NCBI RefSeq assembly: GCF_009834535.1
Contig: NC_045697.1
Location: forward strand, 7,008,001 to 7,072,000
From: Camelus ferus
Lineage: Eukaryota
DNA length: 64,000 nucleotides
Direction: 5' to 3'
Numbering within the stretch: the stretch's first letter is position 1; each line of letters opens with the position of its first letter. Positions 1-12,880 of this stretch are shown here, in pieces. Both the position numbers and the translations under genes were made by a program. Under the pieces are notes generated by a model. It made no database searches. It was not told where the DNA came from and saw only the letters and a program-made list of their open reading frames with translations.

Positions 1-2389
1 GTGACTGCTTTCATACACGACAGAGTGAGTAGTTGGGAGAGAGACTGTGTGTGGTCTTTTAATTACTCCACACTCCTGGTTGGCATGGAATTAGTTGCAG
101 GCATAGTTATACCTCAGCAGGGGTTTGAGTTTCATAGATGTCACCATAGTACTTTATTTTATTAATTTTCAATGCATCCCACCTTGTCAAAACAAAAAAA
201 AAAAGAAGAGAAAAAGTGGATGTCACATGTACTTTTATGGCATAGTGGAGTGTGGATTATTCTACTACCAAACTAGATGTCAAAATATTGAATTTCTTAT
301 GTGATGACATGGTAGCTATGCTGAAGGAATGCAGTCTACATCAATATTACCTGGCCATGCACTCATAATATTCCTAACTTACAGGAAGGTAACCATCAGA
401 AATATTAGAACATTTGAAACTGAGTCTCCCATCACAGCAAAATTTCTTCATAAAAGTAATACATGAAAATGAAATTTCAAAAGAAAAGTAAATTTTTGAG
501 TGGCTTATTTGTGTGCCAAGCTACATAAAACATTCACCAACCATGAGTTAATTAAATTATGGTTGAATGCAGCAGCCGAAGACACTATCCAGAGAAAATA
601 AACTTCAGGCTCTTAGCTTTCTGTGAGAAGAGATGATGGAAGAGTTGAGGATATTGGGAGAACCATCAATAGTCAGTTAAATTTCTTCAGGTGGTATCCC
701 TGTCTCTTGATGAGTCTACAGATGTTACTAATTCTGCTCAATAATTGTTTATTTGAAAAGTCTGTACTGAGTTCTATGTGCTGAATAATTAGCTTCCATC
801 ATTAGTCTGAATGGGAACTATAGATGAGAATTTTTTTAAGAGGTAAACAATAATTCTAGTACAACCTGAAGTGGAATCTGCTAAGATTTGTTATGCTCAA
901 TGGTGGTGTAAGTAGGTGTAAAACAGGAAAAAAAAAAAAAAAGGTTTACTTGGTATAATTTACAAAATTTGTCAAAATGTGAGATATTAGAAGCCTAGGT
1001 TATTAATTGTATTCAAGGATTACTTTGTGGAAAATATTTGAACCTCTCGTGTTATTGAACTAATAATGTCAGTAGTGTAGTTCATTTGCTCTCATGAACT
1101 TAACCATTGTCAGTTCTGTAAATTTTGGGGGGGGGAAACTAAAAGCTGATTATCCTGAATTTACCAGCAGTTCATTGGCTTTGAGTTTTATTATAATTGT
1201 TTGAGCTCCAGGCCAAGATAAAATTGTTTTTTTTTTCTGAATAAGAAACAGAAACAGACTCATAGACATAGAATACAAACTTTTGGTTGCCAAGGGGTCG
1301 GGGGGTGGGAAGGGATAGACAGAATTTCAAAATTGTAGACTAGATAAACAAGATTATACTGTATAGCACAGGGAAATATACACAAGATCTTCTGGTAGCT
1401 CACAGAGGAAAAAATGTGACAATGAATATATATATGTTCATGTATAACTGAAAAATTGTGCTCTACACTGGAATTTGACACAACATTGCAAAATGATTAT
1501 AAATCAATTAAAAAAAAAAAGAAAGCAATTCTGTCCTCGACCACTATTGTATAACATTGACTGGATTTAGAAATTAAATTTTGCAGTAGCCTTGAAAATG
1601 TTGGGAGATGATTTCAACATGAATTTACTAGGTGAAACAGTGATAATGCAAAATGTAGACTGTGGTAAAGTCATTTCAATGACAACTAATGTTTGCATCA
1701 CAAGTAATACCAACCTGCTTTATAATCTCCCCTGCTGTCAGAAATTAAAACAAGAAGCAAGATCTGTGTTCCCACACAAAATTGCAAAGATAGATTTTCA
1801 AAGCTCTAACTACAGTTTCAGGAGTGTTTTTTCAGATCTCAGTGCAAGTGTAAAGGAAATTTCTGTATTTAAAAACGTATTTTAATGTGCAATTGAGGAG
1901 CTTCTACCTAACCTTCAATTGAAAGTGATTAATCTGTAATGTAATAACATATTAAAAGGCAAACATAGAAAAGAACCTAATAAAATCCTCTAAGTGCCTT
2001 CCAAATGGTAAATATGCTCAGTCATATGCTGGTAGATTGATATCAGTATTTAGCACTATCTAACTGTAAAAAACATTTTAAAAGATGAAATAGGAAAAAC
2101 CTTATTACAGATCAGCATTAGCAGATGAATATTTACAATTGATCTGAGGAGAGGAAGCACAAACTTTGAATCTCAATTAAGTGAAGTGTTACTCAAATTC
2201 CATTATTCTCATTACTAGGCATTTAGTACCAAAAGCATGTACTTGATTATTACTGTATTTTGAATTTCAGCAATATAAAGTTTTTGGTAATTTGTTTTCT
2301 CTTTTGTTATACAGGAACTTAATAACATCTTCAGTTGAAAAATCCTGACCCATAAACCATAAAGGTCCACAAAACCTGAAATCTATTAC
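1..2389 (+). mobile_element. hAT-Charlie DNA transposon fossil (Cheshire/MER58 autonomous type) with decayed transposase; interrupted by an L1 3' end; left end lies outside the window
   Basis: Positions 1-55 resemble the MER58 subterminal motif (gctttc..acagagtgagtagttg..agagac). Positions 706-753 translate as LDESTDVTNSAQ*LFI, the first catalytic-Asp motif of SPIN/Charlie/GTF2IRD2-type transposases, with stops. A KRKVD-like N-terminus lies at ~185-230. The 3' subterminal motif ccacaaaacctgaaatctattac is at 2367-2389. ORF 1592..1885 is a residual frame. Confidence 0.85.
1243..1520 (+). mobile_element. 5'-truncated L1 3' UTR with poly(A), inserted into the hAT fossil
   Basis: Typical L1 3' end (aacagaaacagactcatagacatagaa...gcacagggaaatat...caacattgcaaaatgattataaatcaatt + A-tail); homologous to the copies at 6.6, 43.3 and 56.3 kb. 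Confidence 0.9.
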
Positions 2390-2906
2390 TGTAACAGAGA
2401 ACAAACCTGAATCCATGTTGGGTCTATTCCTTTAGCTCTAACCCTTGTCCTCTGTTGCCTGTGCTTAGTCATGCTGGATCTACATCTTTGGAAAATTATG
2501 TTGCCTATAGTCTGAAATAATATAGGATAGCCCATTCTCAAGGTTCTGACCTTCAAAGGCATAACATGTTTTTATTCATACAGAGATAAAAAGTTGTAGA
2601 ATGGAAAATAACAATTGTCTTGCTGGAAGTTTATAGGAGCATTGCGACCAGTCCTATGTGGGCAGCTGCAAGAACGAAGGATTCCAGCACCAAGAAGTTT
2701 GCAACAACAAGCCACACTCTCTCCCCTTTTAGTATAAAAGGAGCCTAAATTCTAACTCAAGTAAAATGGTTCTTTGGGACACTAGTCCACCATCTTCTTG
2801 GTCTGCTGGCTTTTTGAACAAAGTCACTATTTCTTGCCCCAACCTCTCATGTCTTCATTTATTGGCCTGGCATGCTGTGAACAGCAGGAGCTTGGACTCA
2901 GGAATA
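2390..2906 (+). mobile_element. ERV1-like solo LTR
   Basis: Begins TGTAACA. TATA-like gtataaaag at ~2732-2740, degenerate poly(A) signal (gaacaaagtc) at ~2816 and U5-like end cttggactcaggaata. Possible degenerate 4-bp TSD ttac/ttat. Confidence 0.7.
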
Positions 2907-2909
2907 TTA

Positions 2910-3170
2910 TTGTTTGATATTGTTGAATTAATGTCAAATTTCTTGGTTGTGATAATGATATTGAAATATACAAAAGAAGAACTTTTACAAGCTAAATGCT
3001 AAAGTATTTAGGAATAAAGTATCATGATGTCTACAATTTGATTTTAAATAATTTAGCAAAGGAAAAGCATGGCATGTGTGACAAAAATGTGAACAGTTTG
3101 TAAATCTACATGAGTGGTATCAATGGGGCATATTCTTTCAATTGCTCTGTAATTTTTTAATTTTTAAAAC
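2910..3170 (+). mobile_element. Ancient L1 (L1MC/L1ME-like) 3' fragment
   Basis: aagtatttaggaataaagtatcatgatgtctacaatttgattttaaata resembles old L1M 3' ends. Confidence 0.5.
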
Positions 3171-4534
3171 AAACCTGGGAAGAAAAGAAGTCTTCTCTGA
3201 CCACACTATCCAAAGTAACTCCCAGTCAGTTGCTAAACAGTTTTCCCATTTTATTTTCATGTTACTCATTATATAACATTTTATATATATAAAAATTTCT
3301 TTATTGATATACATATCATCTACTCCCCTGAGATCACATAAGGTCAATGAGAGTAGGCACCTGGCTTATTTTGTCCTTTGCTCAGTCCTCAGTAGCCAGA
3401 ACAACCCCAGTACATTGCAGACACTCAAGAGCTTTTGTTGAATTGATAAATGAAAAGAAAATGAGAAATGTAGAAAACAAATGAATAAATGAAGAACAGA
3501 GCATTGCTTCCAGACACTTGGCGGCTATGAGACAGCACATCACCTCTGCTCTGCATGCCCTCCAGTTACCTAATGGACTGGCAGTTTTGTCCATAGTCCT
3601 GAGCTGTGGTCTCAGTTATTGCCCTACCCTCACTCCATACTCTTGACTCTTCCTGATGCTCCCAAGCTTGTTCCTGACCCCAGACTTGATTTTTAGGTCT
3701 GAGCCATTTTGGTTTGATGCTTACACTTAGGATTTTTGATGTGTGAACCTCCAGTTTCTCCTATAATTGGCCTCCTGCCCTTCCTGTAATAAAGGATACT
3801 TCTCAGTTCCAGGTCCTTACAAATAATCCCCAATTATGGGTCATTCCTGCCCCATTCCTATCCCTGGAAATGGTGGGAACATCACCTTTCAGACCCTAGG
3901 CCAGTCACAGGGGCAATGGCCATGTCTTTTAGTGTCCTTTATTTCTCCCCCAAATCCTTCAACATAGATATTGTCTCCATCTGGTCAGTGAGAAAACTGA
4001 AACGCATGAAGATGACACACCTTCTCCGAAATTGTAGCAAGTTTGTGACAGAGGCAGGACTAAAACCCAAGCCCCCTTACTGCAATGTTCCTGAGTGTGC
4101 TTTTCCCTCTACCATTTATGCTGTATTTATTTCACTGGGCCTGTAGTAGAAGCAGTTGGCAAGGTTATCTGTTCTTCTACTGCGTCGCTATTTTTAACAA
4201 CAGTGATTGGGTCTCACTGGGATCAGTACCAAATCTTGCTGGGAAACTGTACTGATTCACAAATTGAACCCCATCCCCTCCACTAAGGACTTCTTGAATT
4301 AATATGACTCAATAGCCCAAGCCTTAAAACATTTTGCTTTTCTAAAATGCCATCATTGATTTGTGCCAGCTCGGTAATTAGTAAATTAATCTCTCAGCAG
4401 CCTGAAGGGCATGCAGATGGACAAAGTGCATATAGAGCCTAACTGCAAAACCTTAAGCTCTGGAAAGTAAAATAGTTCCCAAGTCACTCCATTTCCTGGA
4501 TTCTGCTTTCTTATTATAAAAATTGTTTATAAAG

Positions 4535-4740
4535 GCATTGCAGTGCATGATCACAAGGACGGGCTTAGGACCCCCACTGCCTGCTTTCAAATCCAGTTCC
4601 TCATTCACCAGCTGTTGAGACCTTGAGCCAATCCTGATTTCTCATCTATGAAGCATGGTTGTTGGGAGAATTCAATGAGGCTTCCCACAGAAATTGCTTA
4701 GAACATTGTCCAACACATAAGTTTTTGCTATTACTATTAT
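4535..4740 (+). mobile_element. MIR SINE
   Basis: ttcaaatcc...cagctgt.gagaccttgagc...tttctcatctatgaa core, ending ctattactattat. Confidence 0.65.
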
Positions 4741-4769
4741 TTATCTATTTGTTTATTATTCAGAGTTCT

Positions 4770-5225
4770 TACCATGCTCTACAGGACCTTGTGCTATCCA
4801 GCTCCTGCTGCCTCCCTTAGTGGCCAGAAGCCACAATGACCTCCTTGCTATCCATGGACCATACCAGCACCGTGTCTCAGAGCCATTCTCTGCAGGGACT
4901 TGTCTGCCGCTTCTTGGTCTTGGCTCCAGTATCACTTCTTTAGGTGTTTCCCATGTCCGTATTATGTCAACCCATCCTGTCTACCCTGTGGAACCCCCAG
5001 CCCTCATCCCCTCACTCATTTTTATCTCCCTTCCCTGCTTTGTATTTTCCTTATAGCACTTATTTCCTGTCATTATTGTTTACTGCTCATCATCTCTCCC
5101 ACAAAAGAAGGTAACTGAGAAGGAGGAACTCTGTTTTGTCCTCATTGTGACTCTGCATCTAGTAAAATTCCAGGTACATAATAGTTGCTCAATAAAGAGT
5201 AAATGGATTTATGTTTAATTGATGA
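4770..5225 (+). mobile_element. L2 3' fragment
   Basis: Pyrimidine-rich L2 body ending caggtacataatagttgctcaataaa. Confidence 0.6.
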
Positions 5226-6596
5226 TTGATAGGCATATTCCTATCTTGTGACCTTGTGCAAGGATATGTGGTGTAATGCAGTGTTTCTGAGTCTTTTCCA
5301 AGCCATACACCATTATGATAATCTTGAACATCATGGGGGCCTCAAGGGATTCTGTTTAAGCCTGTCTTGGGATAGGATTCATGCAGACATTCCCTCTGGA
5401 CCTCAGTCAACTCTGATCCCACCAATACAAAATTTATCTTCAGCTAGTCCTGCAGAATGGGCAGATTGGTCTCAGTTTTGCCTTCTTCTGTTTATGTTGA
5501 AACAATTTTTTTTCAGTTTGCAAAACATCCTATCATGTTATAATAATGAATATATCTTCTCTCACTCTGTATGTCCTTCCCCAGAAAGTCTAAAATAGCC
5601 CTTTCATTCTTGACCCATCCACTGCAATAAATTTCTACTAAGCTTCCCAAGTCTCAGGTTTTCAAGCCTGTAATAAGGATCATAGGCCCACTGGCAGGAT
5701 TATTTTGGGTTTCACAAGATTATTCATAAAGCACTTGGCACAGAGCAAACTTCAACAAACGGCTCCTAGTTGCCTCTTTTACCAAATGATTAGTGCTGTC
5801 CTTGGACCTGTGTTTGTTGCACTAACCAGGTTTGGAAATACAGACTATTTTTCTTAAGCAAATGCTTTAAAAGCAAAGCAAAGAGAGCTGTGACAAAAAG
5901 CTCCCCTCTCTCGATTCCATGCTTGCTTGGCCAGGTTGCCGTCATCAGTGACTCCATAGGACCTCTGGTCAATGTGTTCATTTTGCCACCTGCTGAGGCC
6001 CCATCTCTGCAGGCTACCAAGAAAACAAGGCAGCCCTAATTTGTTTGATTTTGCATTGCTTCCAGGTACCGCTTCAATATTAAGACTGCTCATAATTGAA
6101 TGTTTTGCTATCCAGGCTTGAGTTCTCAAGCAGCAAAAGGGATGCAGGACCCGGGTGAGATAGCAGCAAATTATAGGAGGCATCTTCTGGGTTGATTGCT
6201 TTTGTAGTTAATTGTATGCTAATTATTAGTTCTGCAAGACAGTTACCGAAGACATAGCAAAGTAGCAGCAAAAAAGAAAGACACCATGTGTGTATATGTG
6301 TCAATCTCACAGGGCAATTTACCAAATTAAAAGATGTAAAAACAAACTATACGTGAATACTTTCAGGGGACATAGCTGTCATGGTTGCCTAGAAATACAA
6401 GCAGAGAAATGAAGAATTTCTTTTATCAAAAATAAGAATCTACCATGGATTCCCAGCATAGTTGATAGAATGCAAGGTGGAAACTCACACTGTGCTGGTG
6501 GCAGCAGGGCTGACAGTCACCTTCCTAGCCACCATTGTTGTCAAGCACTTGCTTACAATGAAGAACTGATCCTAACATTCCTGTTATTAAGATCCA

Positions 6597-6932
6597 GTGT
6601 AGATAAGTTCATTTGTGTCTTTATCTGCAGTGGATCTTAATAACAGAAACAGACTCACGGACATAGAAAAAAACTTATGGTTACCAGGGGGAAAAGGGGG
6701 CAGGGAGGGATAAACTGGGAGTTCGGGATTTGCAGATACTACTGTATATAAAGTAGATAAACAAGTTTCTACTGTACAGCACAGGGAACTGTATTCAATA
6801 TCTTGTAGTAACATATAATAAGAAATAACATGAAAAGGAATATATGTATGTGTATGTGTGACTTAAACATTACGCTGTACACGAGAAATTGACACAACAT
6901 TGTAAACTGACTCTACTCCAATGAAAAGATGA
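6597..6932 (+). mobile_element. Short L1 3' end with 5' inversion and fold-back junction; TSD AAGATCCA
   Basis: Sense L1 3' UTR from ~6642 to the A-rich tail. 6598-6620 is the reverse complement of L1 agacacaaatgaacttatctaca. AAGATCCA occurs at 6589-6596 and 6933-6940. Confidence 0.85.
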
Positions 6933-7759
6933 AAGATCCATTGGCTCACTATATTCTAATTATAAATGTCAAGCCCATTAGCATAAAGAAATGTACCACT
7001 AGGTGCCTCTTTGACTGCCATGCACCCATACTCAGAGTGTTGGGGGGCATTCTAGACTCACTTACTCTCTGGACAGACATGCTCTTGCCTAGTCTTGCTT
7101 CCTGTATCCAGGATGCCTTCTCACCTGCCCCTCCCCAACCCTGCATCCCTGCATCGAAAATGCCTACTGGATACTTAGTGCTCATGCACCTCTCAGAGAA
7201 GAGAGGTTTCCCTAAGTCCTCAGTCAGTTGGCCACTCCTCCTTTAAAGCCCATGGCTGATGGACACCTTATCATCCTCTCCACCAGTGTGTGAGCTCCTG
7301 GAAAACACAATTCATGTCACCTGTTCTAGATACACACCATATCACCCTGTGGGCACTGAGCAGGTACTCAGTAAACAGCTCCACATTAACAGACCCAGAC
7401 ACGCCCTGTGGTGCTGGACCACAGAGATAGACCAGAGGAAATTCTGCTCACCTACCTCCCTAAATCGAATCCCACATTTCCCATACTCTTATGTCAAAAG
7501 AAAAAGAAAAGAGAAACTTTGGAACTTGGATTCACCCACTGCCAGGACTGTCTTCTCCAATAGGACAGATGCCTCTCAAGGTTGTTTACTCCATCACCAC
7601 CCTCACACCTGGCCACAGAGGACTCTTCTCCCCTTCTTCCCAGGTACTTTCCCATCTCTGGACCCTTGATCCTGCTGATTCCTCTGCCTAGAATCTTCTT
7701 TCCCAACTTTGAGTTTGTTGGGTTAGTCATGCTTTTAGGCTCTGCTCAAAAGTGTCTGT

Positions 7760-8270
7760 TTGAAGTGATGTTCTCCAGAAGTTGATCTTGAAGTGAGAAT
7801 TATTTTACAAGTGATTTATTAAGGAAATTCTCCAGGCAAAGAACTGTAGGGGGTGGAAGAAGCAGGAAAGAGAAGAGGAGGGAGCCAAAGAAAACCAAGA
7901 ACTCTGGTAGCGTCTCCAAGGATTGCCTCCAACCTTGTCCCAGAGAGAAACTCTTCATTGAAAGAGATGCCCCTGAGTCGTTGCTATCAAAGCAAGGAAA
8001 TTGGGATGGCATACAACCTTGCATCTGTCTGTTATTCATCAAAGGACAGCCAGGGAGGAATACATTCCCAGGAATTCCTGTTACCTATTCCTGCAGGGGG
8101 ATTGAGGGAAGTTCTCCCAAGAAAAGTTATAGGTGCTTGTGTGAGAAGCCAAAGAAGACTTGAGGAACTTAATGAATGTACTAAACATTAAGCAAACAAA
8201 CGAATTAACAAACAAATAAATATGAAAGAAAGTAGAGGGGATCTGAGTGAATCATTGACACTGTCTGCAC
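7760..8270 (-). mobile_element. Old ERVL-class LTR fragment (LTR16/LTR33-like)
   Basis: gttctccagaagttgatcttgaagtgagaa...caagtgatttattaaggaaa resembles the terminus of this LTR class and the copy at 14.47 kb. Confidence 0.45.
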
Positions 8271-8321
8271 TCCTGTGTTCTTTCCTCACATTTGACAATT
8301 GACTGATAAGAGGAGCCAGGT

Positions 8322-11300
8322 ATAATTCTGTTCTGTTGATCTATGTGTCTCTTTTTGTGCCAGTACTATACTGTTTTGATTACTATTGTTTTGTAATATA
8401 ATTTGAAGCCAGGAAGCATGATAACTCCAACTTTGTTCTCCTTTTTCAAGAGTTCTTTGGCTATCCAAGGTCTTTTTTGGTTCCACACAAATTTTAGAGT
8501 TACTTGTACCAGATCTGTGAAAAACATCATGGGTGTTTTGATAAGAATTGCATTGCATCTGTAGATTCCTTTCAGTAGTATGGATATTTGACAGTATTAA
8601 TTTTTCCAGTCCATGAGCAAGATACATCTTTTCATTTGTTTGTGTTGTATTCCATTTTTTTTCATGAATATCTTACAGTTCTTAGAGTACAAATCTTTCA
8701 CCTTCTTGATTAAGTTTATTCTTAGGTATTTTATCCATTTTGATTCAGTTGTAAAGGGGAATTTTCCACCTGATTTCTCTTTCTAATATTTTGTTATTAA
8801 GATATAGAAATACAACAGATTTATGTGTATTATTTTTGTATCCTGCATTTTACTGAATTCACTTGTTACTTCTGATAGTTTTTGGTGACATTTTTAGGTT
8901 TTTCTATATGGAGTATTTTATAATCTGCAAATAGTGATGCTTTACTCTTCCCTTCCAGTCTGGATGCCTTCTCTCTCTCTCTCTCTTTTCCTCTCTATCA
9001 TGTTGGTCTGATTAATGTAGCTAGGACTTTCAATACTATGTTAAATAAAATTGGCAAGAGTAGGCATCCTTATCTTAGAGAAAAATATTTCAGCTTTTTA
9101 CCATTGAGTACAATGCTATCTGTGGGATTGTTGTGTATGGCCTTTATTATGTTGAAGTGTGTTTTCTCTACACACACTTTATTAAGAGTTTTTGTCATAA
9201 ATGGATGATAGATTTTGTCAAATGATTTTTCTGCATCTATCATTACGATCAGGAGATTTTTATCCTTTGTTTTGTTCATATGGTGCATCACATTGATCAA
9301 TTTGTGTATATTGCACCATCCTTGTATCCCTGGGAATAAATCCCACTTGATCATGGCGTATGACCCTTTTCATATATTGTTGAGTTAGGTTTGCTAATAT
9401 TTGGTTGAGATGTTTTGTGTCTATGTTTATCAATGATACAGTCCTATAATTTTTTTATAGTGTCTTTGTCTGTTTTTCTTTATCAGGGTAATTCTGGTCT
9501 CATAGAATAAGTTTGAAAGTGTTCCTTCCTCTCCATTTTTTAAATAATTTTTTTAAAGAATAATAAGTGTTAACTATTTAAATGTTGGTAGAATTCCCCT
9601 ATGAAGCCACCTGGTCCTGGGCTTTTGTTTGTTGGGAGTTTTTTGATCACTGGTTCAATTTCATACTAGTAATCAGTCTGTTCAGATTTTCTATTTGTTT
9701 CTGATTCAGTCTTAGAAGGTTTTATGTTTCCAGGAATTTATCCATTTCTTCTAGGTTGTCCAATTTTTGGCATATAATTGTTCCTGGAAATCTCTTAGGA
9801 TTGCTTTTATTTTTGTGATATCAGTTGTAACTTCTCCTTTTTCATTTCTAGTGTTATTTATTTGGGTTTTCTCTCTTTCATTTTTGATAAATCTGGCTAA
9901 AGGTTTGTGTACTTTGTTTATCTTTTCAGAGAACCAACTGTTAGTTTCATTGATTTTTATATGATTTTCAGATTCTATGTCATTTATTTCCTCTCTGATC
10001 TTTATTATTTTCTTCCTTCTACTAATTTTGAGGTTTGCTCTTCTTTTTTCCTGATTTTTAGATGTAAACTTGCTTTTTATTTTAGATTTGTTTTGTTTCT
10101 TGAGATAGGCCTATATTGCTGTGAAATTCCCCCTTAGAAAGATTTTGCTATTTCCCATAGATTTTGGAAATTTGTGTTTCTATTTTCATTTGTCTCAAGA
10201 TTTATTTTTATTTCCCTTTTGATTTCTTCATTGAACCATTGGATTTTTAGTATGATGCTGTTAATTCACCATGTGTTTGTGTTTTTTCCAGTTTTTCTTC
10301 TATAATTAATTTCTAGTTTCATACTATTGTGGTCCAAACAATGCTTGATATTATTTCAATTTTATTAAATTTATTGAGACTCATTTTGTGGACTAGCATG
10401 TGATTTACCTTGTATACATTTCCATGACACTTGAAAAGAATGTGCATTTTCCAGTTCTTGGACAGAATGTTCTGCATATATCTATTAAATCTATCAGGTC
10501 TAATGTCTTATTTAGATGCTAATGTTTATTTATTTTCTGTTTGGATGATCTATTCATTGATGTAAACATATCGTGTGTGTGTGTATGTGTGTGTATAGAG
10601 AGAGAGAGCTTGTTTTGAGCTAATAGTCACTTAAGTTTGAACACACTTTAAACACTTCACATTTTTACTCCTCCTCCCATGTTTCATAACATCAGATTTT
10701 ACATCTTTCCATTTTATGTATTCTTTATTTATTGTGGTTGTAGGTAATTTTACATCTTTTAACCTTCATGCTAGTTTTTCGTGTGATTGATTCACTGCCT
10801 TAACTATGTATTTGCCTTTATCAGTTAGATTTTTAGCTTTCAATTTTTTTCTTTCATACATTTTCTTATTTCTAGTTTTTTTTTTTTTTTTTTTGGCTTA
10901 AACAAAAAATTTTTAACGTTTCTTTTAAGGCCAGGTTAGTGGTGATGAACTTTTCTAGTTTTTGCTTATCTGGAAAAATCTTTATCTCTCCTTCCATTCA
11001 AATGATAATCTTGCCATGTAGAGTATTCTTGGTTGTAGTCTTTTTTTTTCTTTTGGAACTTTTAATACATCATGCCACTCCCTTCTTGTCTTCAGAATTT
11101 CTTCTGAAAAGTCACCTGATAGCCTTATGTTGGTTCCCTTGCTTGTGACTCTTTGTTTTTCTCTTGCTGCCTTTAAAATTCTCTCTTTACCATTAACTTT
11201 TGTTATTTTAATCATGAGATGTGTTTGTGTGGATCATTTTAGGTTCATCTTGTTTGGGACTCTCTGGGATTCCTGGATATCTGTTTCTTTCCCTGGGTTG

Positions 11301-12245
11301 AGAAAGTTTTCAGTCATCATATCATCAAATTCACTTTCTGCTCTTTTGTCTCTTCTTCTTCTGTGTTAGCTTACTTGTCCTAGAGGTCCCTTAAACTATT
11401 CTCATTGTTTTTCATTTTGGGTTTTTGTTTTTTGGTTTTTTTTTTTTTTTGGTGTTCTGATTGGGTGATATCTACTATGCTGTTTTCCAAGTTGCTTATA
11501 TGTTCTTCTATATTATCTAATGTGCTGTTGATTTCCTCCACTGTATTTTTTTGTATTTATTTTGCATATGCCTGTCAGGATCTACAAATTTTGAACTCCT
11601 AGTCTTATTTTGGTTATTGTATTTTTCAGCTCTGATGGGTTCTTTTAAAAAATATTTTCTAACTCTTTGTTAAAGTGCACACTGTGTTTTTTATTCTTCT
11701 TATGAATTTAGTGAGGAAGGATTTTTATGACCATTATCTTGAATTGTTCATCAGTTAAATTACTTACCTCTATTCCATTAGGATTTTTTTTCCTGTGGAT
11801 TTTATCTTGTTTACTCGTTTGGAGTAAATTTCTCTATCCTTTCATTTTGTTTGAACTTCTGTGTTTGTTTCTCTGAATTAGGTAAACAGTTACCTCTCCC
11901 AGTCTTGAAGTCAAGACCTTGTTATAGGAGCATCTCCTATGTAGCCTGTGTGTACCAGACTGTTGTGGAAGGACAACCTGGATCTGGAGTTGGCTGGAGC
12001 TTTTCTAGAGCTTTTCCTGTGTGTGTGCTGAGGCCACCACCTTGGAAGGTTGGCTGGAGCTAGAGAGGGCATGGACCTATGGGCATACTGGAGTGGTCTT
12101 TCCAGGTCAGCTAGAGTATTAAATGCTTTTCAAACTATTGCCTCTGCACTGTTACTTGGAGTGAGTACGTTTTTGCATGAATCCTTTAAGAATGAACTGT
12201 TAGTTTCATACATCATCCCAGCTCTTCTGGACATAAACACCATTG
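8322..12245 (-). mobile_element. Decayed L1 LINE: 5'UTR (~11850-12245), ORF1 (~10900-11850) and ORF2 EN/RT (~8322-10565); 3' portion missing; internal deletions
   Basis: ORF 10982..11215(-) [39 protein letters not shown] is L1 ORF1p. ORF 9070..9354(-) [37 protein letters not shown] is the ORF2p RT domain. SLFADY (FADD motif) is at ~8919-8937. There are many stops and frameshifts. Confidence 0.97.
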
Positions 12246-12249
12246 GTCA

Positions 12250-12352
12250 GTGTCATCTAAAAAAATCCTTCATGGACACATCCAGAATAATTTTTGATAG
12301 AGCATCTGGGCACCAAGGCCTAGGCAAATTGACACACAAAATTAACCAACAC
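12250..12352 (-). mobile_element. MLT2 (ERVL) LTR 5' fragment
   Basis: Reverse complement reads tgtgttggttaattttgtgtgtcaatttgcctaggcct..gtgcccagatgct, matching the MLT2 start. Confidence 0.75.
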
Positions 12353-12617
12353 ATATATGTAATGTAAGGGTGTATTAACATAGATTAAATCCTTTCACAC
12401 CTCTAGATATTCGGAAAACATTTGAGAAAATATGCATATCTCATCATTACTACCACTCTGGGTACACTCGGCCTTGATCTGTGCTGTGGACCCAAAAGAC
12501 ATGCAATAAGTTGGGTTTGGGAGAACACCTGGACAAATGAAATGAACACAACAATAAGGCGTGAAAAGCACGGTAAAATGGGAGAACACTTAGAAACAAG
12601 AATTCAGACAAGCAACA

Positions 12618-12880
12618 TCGCCCAGTGGTAAAACTAAGACCCCTAGGACCAGACAAACTGATTTAAATTCTAGTTCTACCACTTACAAGCTGTGTGACCG
12701 GGAGTGAATTACCTAGCTCCTCTGTACCTCAGTTTTCTCTTCTGTAAAATGTGAATGATAATAAGAGCATCAACCTTACAGGGTTCATGCAGGGATAAGA
12801 TGAGTTAAAATGTGTAAAACTTTCAGAACATAATATATTTTTGACATGAGTAAGTGCTGTGTAACTATTGCTATTATTTC
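12618..12880 (+). mobile_element. MIR SINE, near full length
   Basis: cagtggt...ctaccacttacaagctgtgtgacc...tctgtacctcagttttctcttctgtaaaatg...gtaagtgct..ctattattt. Confidence 0.85.

Noticed and set aside
1592..1885. ORF as a domesticated transposase gene (GTF2IRD2/EPM2AIP1-like)
   Set aside because: The surrounding frame has stops next to the DESTD motif, frameshifts and an L1 insertion, so it is a fossil.
8322..12245. Active or full-length L1
   Set aside because: The 3' end is missing, part of the endonuclease region is deleted, and there are numerous stops and frameshifts.
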